From IMG/VR virus record IMGVR_UViG_3300013137_000021, positions 1 through 63,367 of that record: a stretch of 63,367 nt of DNA; one strand, written 5' to 3'. The notes beneath the pieces are model-generated. The model was not told the origin of the DNA. It searched no databases and saw nothing but the letters and a program-made list of their open reading frames with translations. Below, in pieces: positions 56,001-63,367 of this stretch. Made by a program: the position numbers and the translations under genes. The stretch is from a virus (taxonomy: Duplodnaviria; Caudoviricetes). Each line of letters begins with the position of its first letter. Within the stretch, counting starts at the first letter, position 1.

Positions 56001-56489
56001 ATGATGATGGGATTACTCAAGGTTAGCATTGATCCTGGCACGAATGCGACCGGATATTGTGTCTGGAAAGATGGCCGTCCATCCGAAATCGGCACGGTGA
56101 GACCATCAGGCAAGGCAAGGACCCCACTTGAAAAGCTTCTGTCTCTTCGGGAGCGTGTCTGGGAGCTATTTAACGCCATAACAACTCCCCCGTCGCCGGC
56201 AATTCATACGATTGCGGTGGAGGCTTGGCAAAAGGGAGTGCACAGGGGGCAATTCTCCGTCGATACAATGCGTATCTGCGGCCAAACAAAGGGGATGATC
56301 ATCGCTGTTGCAACGGAGTTTAGTGGCCGGATAGTGGAGGCGAGCAAAGGAACATTAGGGAAGGGCGAAACTGAATTGCGAGCCAGGGCAGCGGGGCTTA
56401 TTAAGCCGGGGAGGCGCAAACCTAGCAAGGACGCCTTAGATGCCTACGAAATAGGTATTTGTGCAGGCTTTGACAGGAAGCTTCAATGA
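56001..56489 (+). CDS. RuvC-like Holliday junction resolvase
   Basis: SIDPG..TGY, IAVE, DALDAYEIG. Confidence 0.85.
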   Translation: MMMGLLKVSIDPGTNATGYCVWKDGRPSEIGTVRPSGKARTPLEKLLSLRERVWELFNAITTPPSPAIHTIAVEAWQKGVHRGQFSVDTMRICGQTKGMIIAVATEFSGRIVEASKGTLGKGETELRARAAGLIKPGRRKPSKDALDAYEIGICAGFDRKLQ

Positions 56490-56617
56490 TTAACCAGTTT
56501 CTACCGGGTTTACCACCCGATGAGCGGGGCAAGTGGTGCCACCGAGCCGCGGTGCATCGCACGGGCTCACACAGGAATAAGTAGTCCTTGCCCCGCATTT
56601 TTCTCAAGAGGAATGAA

Positions 56618-56926
56618 ATGACCGCTCTTTCAGAATCGCAAACCTTCGCATCCTGGGAAGTGCTCATGCAAGGGCCTAACTCCAAATCCGGAGCGCACCG
56701 GTACTACTGCCTCTGCCGTGGGTGTGCTCGACCGTTTCTCGTTCGCAAAGACAATCTCTTGCGAGGCCACACAAGCCGATGTTCATACTGCAATCGGACC
56801 AGGATCAGCCTCGATGTCAAAGTGATTCGAGAGATGTATCGGACCATGACACAGAAGGCCATAGCCAAGCGCTTTGGCTGCAATCGCATGACCATTAACC
56901 GCCTGTTGGCGGAGGAGGAGAGTTAA
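56618..56926 (+). CDS. Zn-binding + HTH protein
   Basis: CLCRGC..CSYC; TQKAIAKRFGCNRMTINRL. Confidence 0.65.
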   Translation: MTALSESQTFASWEVLMQGPNSKSGAHRYYCLCRGCARPFLVRKDNLLRGHTSRCSYCNRTRISLDVKVIREMYRTMTQKAIAKRFGCNRMTINRLLAEEES

Positions 56927-56928
56927 TC

Positions 56929-57123
56929 ATGGAAGTTCGCAGCGAGTTCGAGACCACTATCAACTTGCACATCCGATTGAGTGAGACAGAAGCGCGGGCC
57001 ATCAAACGAGCCGTGGCAAAGATTGCCGAATCCACTAGCCGTAGCCAAGATTATGACGACTTTGTCGAAGTAGATGATATTAAAGTCCTTCGCGCTCTTG
57101 CGGGTGCTATTTCGAATGTTTGA
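56929..57123 (+). CDS. Hypothetical protein
   Basis: GGAGGAG RBS. Confidence 0.6.
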   Translation: MEVRSEFETTINLHIRLSETEARAIKRAVAKIAESTSRSQDYDDFVEVDDIKVLRALAGAISNV

Positions 57124-57138
57124 AGGGGGTTTGGAACT

Positions 57139-57903
57139 ATGAAGACCTTAGCATCAGTCCTTTTAAGCGTGCTTCTCGCGGCTGCATCCGCAGGAGCGCA
57201 ACAGGACGTTTATTTTCCACCAGGGCAACCGCAACCCGAAATAGTTCTGTCTGTGAGCCTTGTGCCGGCCAAGGTAGGCATCAATTTCAAGGGAGATCAG
57301 GGTTCGTTTAATGCGAACCCCATACTGGCATTATTCAGCGTGGAGTATCGGCCCAAACAGACGAACCTCACACTCAGGTATGATCTTCTGACCGGGTGGT
57401 CGAAATCCGACTCGATCGTACCGGCAGGGCCGCTTTTTATCGGACTTTCCAACTTCGGGCAAGATCCGCAACAACAGGGGCAACAGAATAACAGTAGTCA
57501 GAAGCCCATTGCCATTAGCCTGTCGGGGGCTGCAAATCACCGAATTGAACTTGCCGCTCTTAACCGTGGGCGCCTACGGCCCATGATTTGTGGCGAGTGG
57601 TCTGACGTGAGCGCATGCGCAACGGGCGAAGTGAAGGGGAGGCAGACCACGGACAGCGAACGACTATCAAGGTTCGTGGTGGCTGGCGGTCTCGCATATG
57701 CCGTGCAGATGCCGAGCCTTGAAACTGACCTGGTGGTTGCATTTGGTTCAGATCGGTATGCCTACCTCGAAGCCAGGGCACTGTATCAAGTCTCAAAGAC
57801 ATTATGGGCACGATTCAGCTACCTGCATAAGAACCTGATGCTCGGCAGTGATTCCACGTTGCGCCTTAATGCCGCCGCCATTGGCGTGGCCTGGGAGTTT
57901 TGA
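57139..57903 (+). CDS. Secreted, outer-membrane beta-barrel-like protein
   Basis: Signal peptide ending ASAGA, alternating beta strands, C-terminal GVAWEF. Confidence 0.7.
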   Translation: MKTLASVLLSVLLAAASAGAQQDVYFPPGQPQPEIVLSVSLVPAKVGINFKGDQGSFNANPILALFSVEYRPKQTNLTLRYDLLTGWSKSDSIVPAGPLFIGLSNFGQDPQQQGQQNNSSQKPIAISLSGAANHRIELAALNRGRLRPMICGEWSDVSACATGEVKGRQTTDSERLSRFVVAGGLAYAVQMPSLETDLVVAFGSDRYAYLEARALYQVSKTLWARFSYLHKNLMLGSDSTLRLNAAAIGVAWEF

Positions 57904-58018
57904 TCATGTGTGAACGCGAAAGACAAATAGCGCTACCCCGTCGGGCATCAGCAAGGATCTTCTACGCCACCTTGCTCGCGTTGGGCACGGGAATCGGTCT
58001 TGTCCTATTTCTTGCCTG

Positions 58019-58282
58019 GTGCCTCATGCGCTTGGCCTTCATGGATCGGATATTCCTGTGAGCCTGCGCTGCGTAGCCTGTAATCAGTCTGTGACTGAGC
58101 GCGAAAGCCGCGTTTCACTCGATGGTGATGTTTACTGCGATGTCTGTTGGCATGCGGCCATGACATGTCCTCATTGCAATGGCTCGGGAGAAGGACACGC
58201 TGATGGTTCGCGGTGTATGTGGTGCAACGGCAGCGGAGTTGAGAAATACGAACCCGATCCAGAGGATTATTTCCGGGAGTGA
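58019..58282 (+). CDS. Cys-rich protein with DnaJ-type CxxCxGxG repeats
   Basis: CPHCNGSG, CMWCNGSG; start uncertain. Confidence 0.6.
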   Translation: MPHALGLHGSDIPVSLRCVACNQSVTERESRVSLDGDVYCDVCWHAAMTCPHCNGSGEGHADGSRCMWCNGSGVEKYEPDPEDYFRE

Positions 58283-58295
58283 AGGATAAAATACG

Positions 58296-58544
58296 ATGAC
58301 CAAATGCACGCTTCTCCTCGCCGTCTCGATCGCGGCTCTGATCTGGGTCGCCTGGTGGACCATCGTCCTCTGGCCGGCGCCTCACGATCCGCTTGACGTA
58401 CCGTGGGATGATTCTGAGTGGGTACAGGTCGAGGGATTCTGGATCCGGCGTGCGCACTGGCTAGACGATCCGTATCAGCGCCAACAACAAATCAAGGACC
58501 AGGAGAGAGAAGGCGAAGAGGAGGTTCAGAGTGGGAGTCGCTAA
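58296..58544 (+). CDS. Small membrane-anchored protein
   Basis: Hydrophobic N-terminus. Confidence 0.55.
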   Translation: MTKCTLLLAVSIAALIWVAWWTIVLWPAPHDPLDVPWDDSEWVQVEGFWIRRAHWLDDPYQRQQQIKDQEREGEEEVQSGSR

Positions 58545-58884
58545 ACAGCCGAAATGCTCGGTCTGCGGTGTTGCGTTGCCTGTTGGTCGTAAGTTCGGGC
58601 GATGCCGCGAATGCAAGAAGAAGGGCGCGCGAAAACGGTTTGAAAACAATAGTAGACTGTACGCACCAAACGAAAAGCGAGACATCGAAGAGCTTCGCGC
58701 CACGTGCGGTCTCCCTCCCCTGCCAAAGGCCACTATTCGGCCTTGCCTGCGATGTGAGAAGCCGTTCAAGTCAGACGGCCCGAGTAATCGCTTGTGTCCT
58801 ATTTGCACGAACATGGTCAGTCGAAAATCGCGGGCCCACGGCGATGATCTCCAGAAATTCCCTGGGCAGAGGAATGTGCGATGA
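58531..58884 (+). CDS. Zn-finger protein
   Basis: CSVC..CREC, CLRC..FKS..NRLCPIC; GAGGAGG RBS. Confidence 0.65.
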   Translation: MGVAKQPKCSVCGVALPVGRKFGRCRECKKKGARKRFENNSRLYAPNEKRDIEELRATCGLPPLPKATIRPCLRCEKPFKSDGPSNRLCPICTNMVSRKSRAHGDDLQKFPGQRNVR

Positions 58885-59033
58885 TTTGGAAATGCACAAA
58901 ATGTAAATGGATGGGTGAACATCCGGTGGTGATCCGTGTTGGGCTCAAACCGGCATGTCCGGAGTGCCTATCTGTGGTTGTTTTTGAGGAAACACAACGT
59001 CATGCGAATGATGACGGCCGAAAAACAGATTAG
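58881..59033 (+). CDS. Small Zn-ribbon protein (MIWKCTKC...CPEC)
   Basis: ATGA overlap; two CxxC pairs; below the ORF-track cut-off. Confidence 0.5.
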   Translation: MIWKCTKCKWMGEHPVVIRVGLKPACPECLSVVVFEETQRHANDDGRKTD

Positions 59034-59193
59034 CTCCATTGAGCGGCTTTTCTGTCCACATTGCGGCAGCAGGCGAATTGCTGTAGCGCGAATCGGGAAA
59101 TATCAGGGCAGAAAGCAGCTCCGATTCCAATGTAGATCCAAACGCTGCAAACGGCGCTTCTGGGAGGAACATGGACGATGGATAACGAAATGA
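59002..59193 (+). CDS. Small Zn-ribbon protein
   Basis: CPHCGS..GKYQGRKQLRFQC..CKRRF. Confidence 0.55.
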   Translation: MRMMTAEKQISSIERLFCPHCGSRRIAVARIGKYQGRKQLRFQCRSKRCKRRFWEEHGRWITK

Positions 59194-59696
59194 CCAGAGA
59201 AGAGGTAATACAACGACTGCGAAACGGCGATCCGGGTCTATCGTATTGTCAGACGGGTTTCAAATTAGCTACGAGCACAGCCGCAGATTTGCTCGAATCT
59301 GATACGCCCACAGCGACGGCTCAGCGCAACGTGGAACGGCTCAAGAAGGCAAAGGCTAAGCTCAGGCGGTACACCCATGCTTGGGCGGAACTGCGTGCCT
59401 ATATCAACGAAAAGCTCGTTGCGGGGGTAGCAACCGGATATGGCATCAAGCAGAAGCTGCTGGAACTCGAACTGGAACGCGACCCCGACTATGCCGATAA
59501 CCCGCCTCCAAACTGCTTCTGGCTCGTGTGGGATGAACAGCGCCGCACGCCAACCGTGAAGCATCTAGTAGAGGATTCAGCCCGCGTCGAGGCTGAACGG
59601 CTGGCAAAGGCAAATCCGGGCCACCAATTTCATGTGCTGCAGCTGCTCGGGACATGCAGATTCGCAGGACTTGAGTGGAGCGACGTAGATGAATAG
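59178..59696 (+). CDS. Hypothetical phage protein
   Basis: GGAGG RBS; PTVKH..EAERLAKANPG..FHVL motif. Confidence 0.7.
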   Translation: MDNEMTREEVIQRLRNGDPGLSYCQTGFKLATSTAADLLESDTPTATAQRNVERLKKAKAKLRRYTHAWAELRAYINEKLVAGVATGYGIKQKLLELELERDPDYADNPPPNCFWLVWDEQRRTPTVKHLVEDSARVEAERLAKANPGHQFHVLQLLGTCRFAGLEWSDVDE

Positions 59697-59732
59697 ACCA
59701 CCCCAATCAAATGGACCTATTGGGTAGACACG

Positions 59733-60722
59733 ATGACCGAGTGGGAAAATCGAGTACTGTATGGAGATTGCCGTGAGGTATTGGCAAATTTGATGGTTGC
59801 TTCCGTTCGCGTCCAAATGGTCTGCACCTCGCCTCCATACCTCTGGCAGCGATCATACCTCGCGGATGATGATCCCATGAAGCCGTTCGAGATCGGGCAA
59901 GAGTCTACACCTCTTGATTACGTGGAAACGTTGCTTCAAGTCTTCTCGATGGTTCGTGAGTTGCTTGCAGACGACGGGGTTTTGTTTTTGAACCTGGGAG
60001 ACAAATTTAATGGCTCCGGAGGCGCAGGGGGCGATTACGGCCCTGGTGGTCGGCGGGAGGGCCAAACAAAATACCCGGGTCGTCGGTGGAAAACGCTTCC
60101 GCGAGGTTGCCTGATCGGTGTCCCGTGGCGTATCGCGCTCGCCCTGATAGACCGCGGTGGTTGGACGCTTTTGGCTGACGTGATCTGGGAGAAGCCGGGC
60201 AATAGTGGAGTTCCGGCAAAAGGCCGACCAACAATAGAACATGAGTATCTGTTCATTTTCGCTAAGAAAAGGCCCCACTATTTCGATGATGCGGCCATCG
60301 GGATACCCTATTCACCGGAGGCAATAACCCGATTCCAGCGTGTCATACGGAACGGCGAGACATTCGACCCGACCCGACACAAGCACTACCAGGACGGAAA
60401 TAACCGCTCACCTATGCAGCGGCTTACTGAAGGGGCAAAGCGAGCATTAGAGCGGGGTTATCGCAATATCGGTTCTGTCTGGCGCATCCCAAATCCTGGC
60501 TATGCAGGAGCACATACGGCAGTTTTTCCCGAGGCCCTCGTCGAAAAGTGCATACTCGCAGGCTCACGGCCTGGCGATCTAGTCCTTGATCCGTTCATGG
60601 GTAGCGGAACCACCGGCCAAGTCGCTGAACGGCTAGGAAGGAAATGGCTTGGAATCGAAATTAACGAAAAGGACTATCGGCCATTGATCGAGGACCGCAC
60701 GCGGCAAATAGGACTACTTTAG
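59733..60722 (+). CDS. DNA methyltransferase, N4-C/N6-A beta class
   Basis: TSPPY before [11 protein letters not shown]; HTAVFPEAL. Confidence 0.92.
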   Translation: MTEWENRVLYGDCREVLANLMVASVRVQMVCTSPPYLWQRSYLADDDPMKPFEIGQESTPLDYVETLLQVFSMVRELLADDGVLFLNLGDKFNGSGGAGGDYGPGGRREGQTKYPGRRWKTLPRGCLIGVPWRIALALIDRGGWTLLADVIWEKPGNSGVPAKGRPTIEHEYLFIFAKKRPHYFDDAAIGIPYSPEAITRFQRVIRNGETFDPTRHKHYQDGNNRSPMQRLTEGAKRALERGYRNIGSVWRIPNPGYAGAHTAVFPEALVEKCILAGSRPGDLVLDPFMGSGTTGQVAERLGRKWLGIEINEKDYRPLIEDRTRQIGLL

Positions 60723-60730
60723 GAGGGATT

Positions 60731-61456
60731 ATGCAAATCAAACGATGGACAGACGACGTTGTGATATTTGAAGATGATTCTGACAATATTCGGGATTGCT
60801 TGACTAATGCGGTTAAACAACAAATATCGCTGGATTACGCCCGCCTGGTAGGAGCCAGCCTGGATTACGCCCGCCTGGTAGGAGCCAGCCTGGAGGGGGC
60901 CAGCCTGGAGGGGGCCAGCCTGAATAGAGCCAGCCTGGTAGGAGCCCGCCTGGTAGAAGCCAGCCTGGAGGGGGCCAGCCTGAATAGAGCCAGCCTGATA
61001 GGAGCCAGCCTGGAGGGGGCCAGCCTGATAGGAGCCAGCCTGGAGGGGGCCAGCCTGAATAGAGCCAGCCTGGTAGACGCCAGCCTGGTAGACGCCAGCC
61101 TGAATAGAGCCAGCCTGAATAGAGCCAGCCTGGTAGGAGCCAGCCTGGAGGGGGCCAGCCTGGTAGGAACCAGCCTGGTGAATCCTTCGTTGTTGCTATT
61201 GGCGTCCTGGGGTGAAGTTTCTGACTCTCTCTGCATTGAATTGATGCGTTATGATGCAGCAAACCATCCCAACCCAAAAACATTTGACGTGTGGGCTGAT
61301 GGTGGGGTCTGTCCATACAGCGGTTTTATGGTGACCCGCATGATTCACTTTCGGGAGAGGAGAGAATTGTGGAGTCCCGGACCTGCTAAATCAGCATACG
61401 AGTTGATGGTGATGCTGTTCAAGGAGAAGAAAATCAAATGGAAGCCGACGAGGTGA
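60731..61456 (+). CDS. Pentapeptide repeat protein
   Basis: More than 20 tandem A(S/R)Lxx units encoded by 15-nt repeats. Confidence 0.92.
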   Translation: MQIKRWTDDVVIFEDDSDNIRDCLTNAVKQQISLDYARLVGASLDYARLVGASLEGASLEGASLNRASLVGARLVEASLEGASLNRASLIGASLEGASLIGASLEGASLNRASLVDASLVDASLNRASLNRASLVGASLEGASLVGTSLVNPSLLLLASWGEVSDSLCIELMRYDAANHPNPKTFDVWADGGVCPYSGFMVTRMIHFRERRELWSPGPAKSAYELMVMLFKEKKIKWKPTR

Positions 61457-61508
61457 GCATGAAATGTAACATGGACGGAGATTCGATTGAGTGCGTGGCG
61501 GTGGAGAG

Positions 61509-61979
61509 ATGAAAGCAATCTCAATTTGGCAGCCTTGGGCATCGTTGATAATGCTGGGCGCAAAGACGTTTGAGACTCGATCATGGTCATATCCGAAGTG
61601 GCTGGATGGAGAACTGATTTTGATTCATGCGGCCAAGAAACGACTTACAATTTACGATCAAAGGGATGTCTTGCCCTTAGTCAATAAGGTCTTAGAAGAA
61701 CAAGGACAAGACCCGCTCGACTATTCATCGCTTCCCTTCGGTTGCCTCTTGGGCACGGTGAAATTAGCGGGCTGCTTCCCTACGGATAGTCGAGCGTGGA
61801 CCAATGGGCTTACCATCAAAAACATTCGACACGAGGAAGCTCTGGGAAATTGGGGGGCAAACCGTAAGGCATGGCGGTCAAGCGACCGGCGGCAATTCAA
61901 AATATCTATCCCGTTTCGTGGCGGGCAGGGGTTTTTCAATGTGTCCGATTTCATGCTGGAAGGGAGAGAATTCATATGA
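61509..61979 (+). CDS. ASCH domain protein
   Basis: MKAISIWQPWASLI..GAKTFETRSW, IHAA, RGGQGFF. Confidence 0.9.
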   Translation: MKAISIWQPWASLIMLGAKTFETRSWSYPKWLDGELILIHAAKKRLTIYDQRDVLPLVNKVLEEQGQDPLDYSSLPFGCLLGTVKLAGCFPTDSRAWTNGLTIKNIRHEEALGNWGANRKAWRSSDRRQFKISIPFRGGQGFFNVSDFMLEGREFI

Positions 61980-62069
61980 CAAAGATCCATATCTGGAAAA
62001 GATTTTTACCGAGCGACCTAAAAGCTATTGCGGAAACTGTGGCTCCAAAGACACGATTGAGAGGCAACC

Positions 62070-62279
62070 ATGACCATCATCGAGGCGGCGAAGGCGATAA
62101 AGGAAGGGAAGGTAGTCTTTTCTGATACCTATGGGAAACGACTCCGCATGGGCGGTAGGGGCCCTGATGAGGACTTGATATGTGTCGCCTTGACCGTGGA
62201 CGGCGAAGAACTCGCAGGCAATTGGGCGCCCTTTACGACGGCGGATCTTTTAGCGACGGATTACGAGGTGGTGGAATGA
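62070..62279 (+). CDS. Hypothetical protein
   Basis: GAGG RBS; ends DLLATDYEVVE. Confidence 0.65.
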   Translation: MTIIEAAKAIKEGKVVFSDTYGKRLRMGGRGPDEDLICVALTVDGEELAGNWAPFTTADLLATDYEVVE

Positions 62280-62692
62280 GCCCCTACGCCCCCAAAACCG
62301 TCGTTCCGGTTGAACGTACGCGAGCGGAAATCGAACGGCTTTTGACTCAAAAGTACGGCGCTAAAGCGTTCGTTTATGCTGTCCGCGCGGATTTCACCCG
62401 TATTGAATTTGAGATGAATGGTCGACGCATAAGATTTCAGATGCCGTTACCTCAAGAAAAAGATTTCTACTCCAAGCGCGAGTTCGAGCAGGCGTTACGA
62501 ACAAAATGGCGGTGTCTGTTGCTCACGATCAAGGGCAAACTGGAAAGTGTGGAGAACGAAATAGAGACCTTTGATGACGCGTTTCTTCCTCAAATCGTAC
62601 TACCGAGTAACGAGACATTAGGGGAGTGGGCGCGGCCACAGATTGTGGAAATTTATCAACTAGGCCAAATGCCGCCTCTATTAACAGCCTGA
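62276..62692 (+). CDS. Hypothetical phage protein
   Basis: GAGGTGG RBS, ATGA overlap; WRCLLLTIKGKLE motif. Confidence 0.75.
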   Translation: MSPYAPKTVVPVERTRAEIERLLTQKYGAKAFVYAVRADFTRIEFEMNGRRIRFQMPLPQEKDFYSKREFEQALRTKWRCLLLTIKGKLESVENEIETFDDAFLPQIVLPSNETLGEWARPQIVEIYQLGQMPPLLTA

Positions 62693-62704
62693 AAGGAAAA
62701 ACCA

Positions 62705-62884
62705 ATGCCTGATGTAATCAAATGCCCGAAGTGTAAGTCTACAAACATCATCGTGGAGGGAACGGTTCGTTGTATCTACAGCCAAACGAGTCGTGGCACT
62801 TGGACACTAGAAGATAGTGAGGTCCCTGAAGGTCGGGACGCCCACTATACCTGTGACGAGTGTCGTCACGAGTGGGAGGATTGA
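62705..62884 (+). CDS. Small Zn-ribbon protein (MPDVIKCPKC...CDEC)
   Basis: AAGGA RBS, two CxxC pairs; 59 aa. Confidence 0.6.
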   Translation: MPDVIKCPKCKSTNIIVEGTVRCIYSQTSRGTWTLEDSEVPEGRDAHYTCDECRHEWED

Positions 62885-62885
62885 T

Positions 62886-63341
62886 ATGCCTAGTGGCCTG
62901 TGTCAGTGTGACTTTGAGACAACTTCAGCTACCTCAAACTGGTGGAGCAGTAGAGACCTAGATGGCCAACCTAAGCCGGTAGGCACGGCCACGGCATGTT
63001 TTGTTAGATGGAGAGACGGCGTGCCGGAGCATGGCTGTGGGTACTACCGTGCAGATTCCACCGAAAGGGCTTTTGCATATAACCTTATCTACCCACAAAA
63101 GCGTGTCGATCCTGTCGAGTGGTGTGGATTTAGGTTTAGAAAGGGATTCCTGATGAGAACGAAACCAAGGTGTATTTATTGCAACGAGATATTACCCATA
63201 ACTCCTAACGATTTTCATAATTTACACCAAGACGAGTCAATCCATTATCACTGTCCGTATTGCAGGGGCGGAACAGTAGAGAAGCCAAGACTGCAAAAAG
63301 TAACTAGAATCATTAGATTTGTTTCTGCGTTTATAAGATAA
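62886..63341 (+). CDS. Cys-containing hypothetical protein
   Basis: GGAGG RBS before ATG 62886; CIYC..CPYC near the C-terminus. Confidence 0.55.
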   Translation: MPSGLCQCDFETTSATSNWWSSRDLDGQPKPVGTATACFVRWRDGVPEHGCGYYRADSTERAFAYNLIYPQKRVDPVEWCGFRFRKGFLMRTKPRCIYCNEILPITPNDFHNLHQDESIHYHCPYCRGGTVEKPRLQKVTRIIRFVSAFIR

Positions 63342-63367
63342 AGTCAACGAACATCATCGAGGCGGCG

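Larger units (their letters stand above)
1..63367. mobile_element. Temperate contractile-tailed phage genome (probably incomplete), unintegrated attP form
   Basis: Complete head/neck/sheath/tube/baseplate gene order, integrase next to a tRNA 3' half with phage genes on both sides, and no host housekeeping genes. Confidence 0.95.

Noticed and set aside
60829-61180. Possible CRISPR array
   Set aside because: 15-nt period in frame within a coding sequence, no unique spacers and no cas operon
1-63367. Circular, complete genome or alternative genetic code
   Set aside because: No terminal overlap between the two ends was seen, and genes are intact under the standard code

Overview
The window is most of a temperate, contractile-tailed (myovirus-like) phage genome in the unintegrated (attP) configuration. 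A ~36.5 kb minus-strand late operon (45932 down to 9390) runs small membrane protein, terminase, portal, protease/scaffold, capsid and decoration, neck, sheath, tube, chaperones with a -1 frameshift, tape measure, baseplate, fibres/tailspike and lysis. A lysogeny block (46340-49009) holds the 3' half of a CAT-anticodon tRNA (attP core) with GGGTGACT arm-type repeats, a tyrosine integrase, small membrane proteins and a divergent regulator pair. A plus-strand early region (48773-63367, apparently continued by 1-9290) encodes a BRO protein, three HU/IHF-like paralogues, a recombination module, a RuvC-like resolvase, an outer-membrane-type protein, two DNA methyltransferases, an SF2 helicase, many tiny ORFs and a serine recombinase. 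The best unexplained signals are: (1) a ~310-nt, two-domain, G.U-rich structured non-coding element on the + strand between the late operon and attP; (2) two small-gene cassettes with conserved 5' and 3' flanks but unrelated payload ORFs near the serine recombinase; (3) an ICE/plasmid-type MTase + unknown + helicase block with a distinct GATC-poor, CCGCGG-rich signature; (4) one ~90-aa module repeated eight times across capsid, sheath and baseplate proteins. All calls come from reading motifs and synteny by eye; no searches or folding programs were run and counts are manual.
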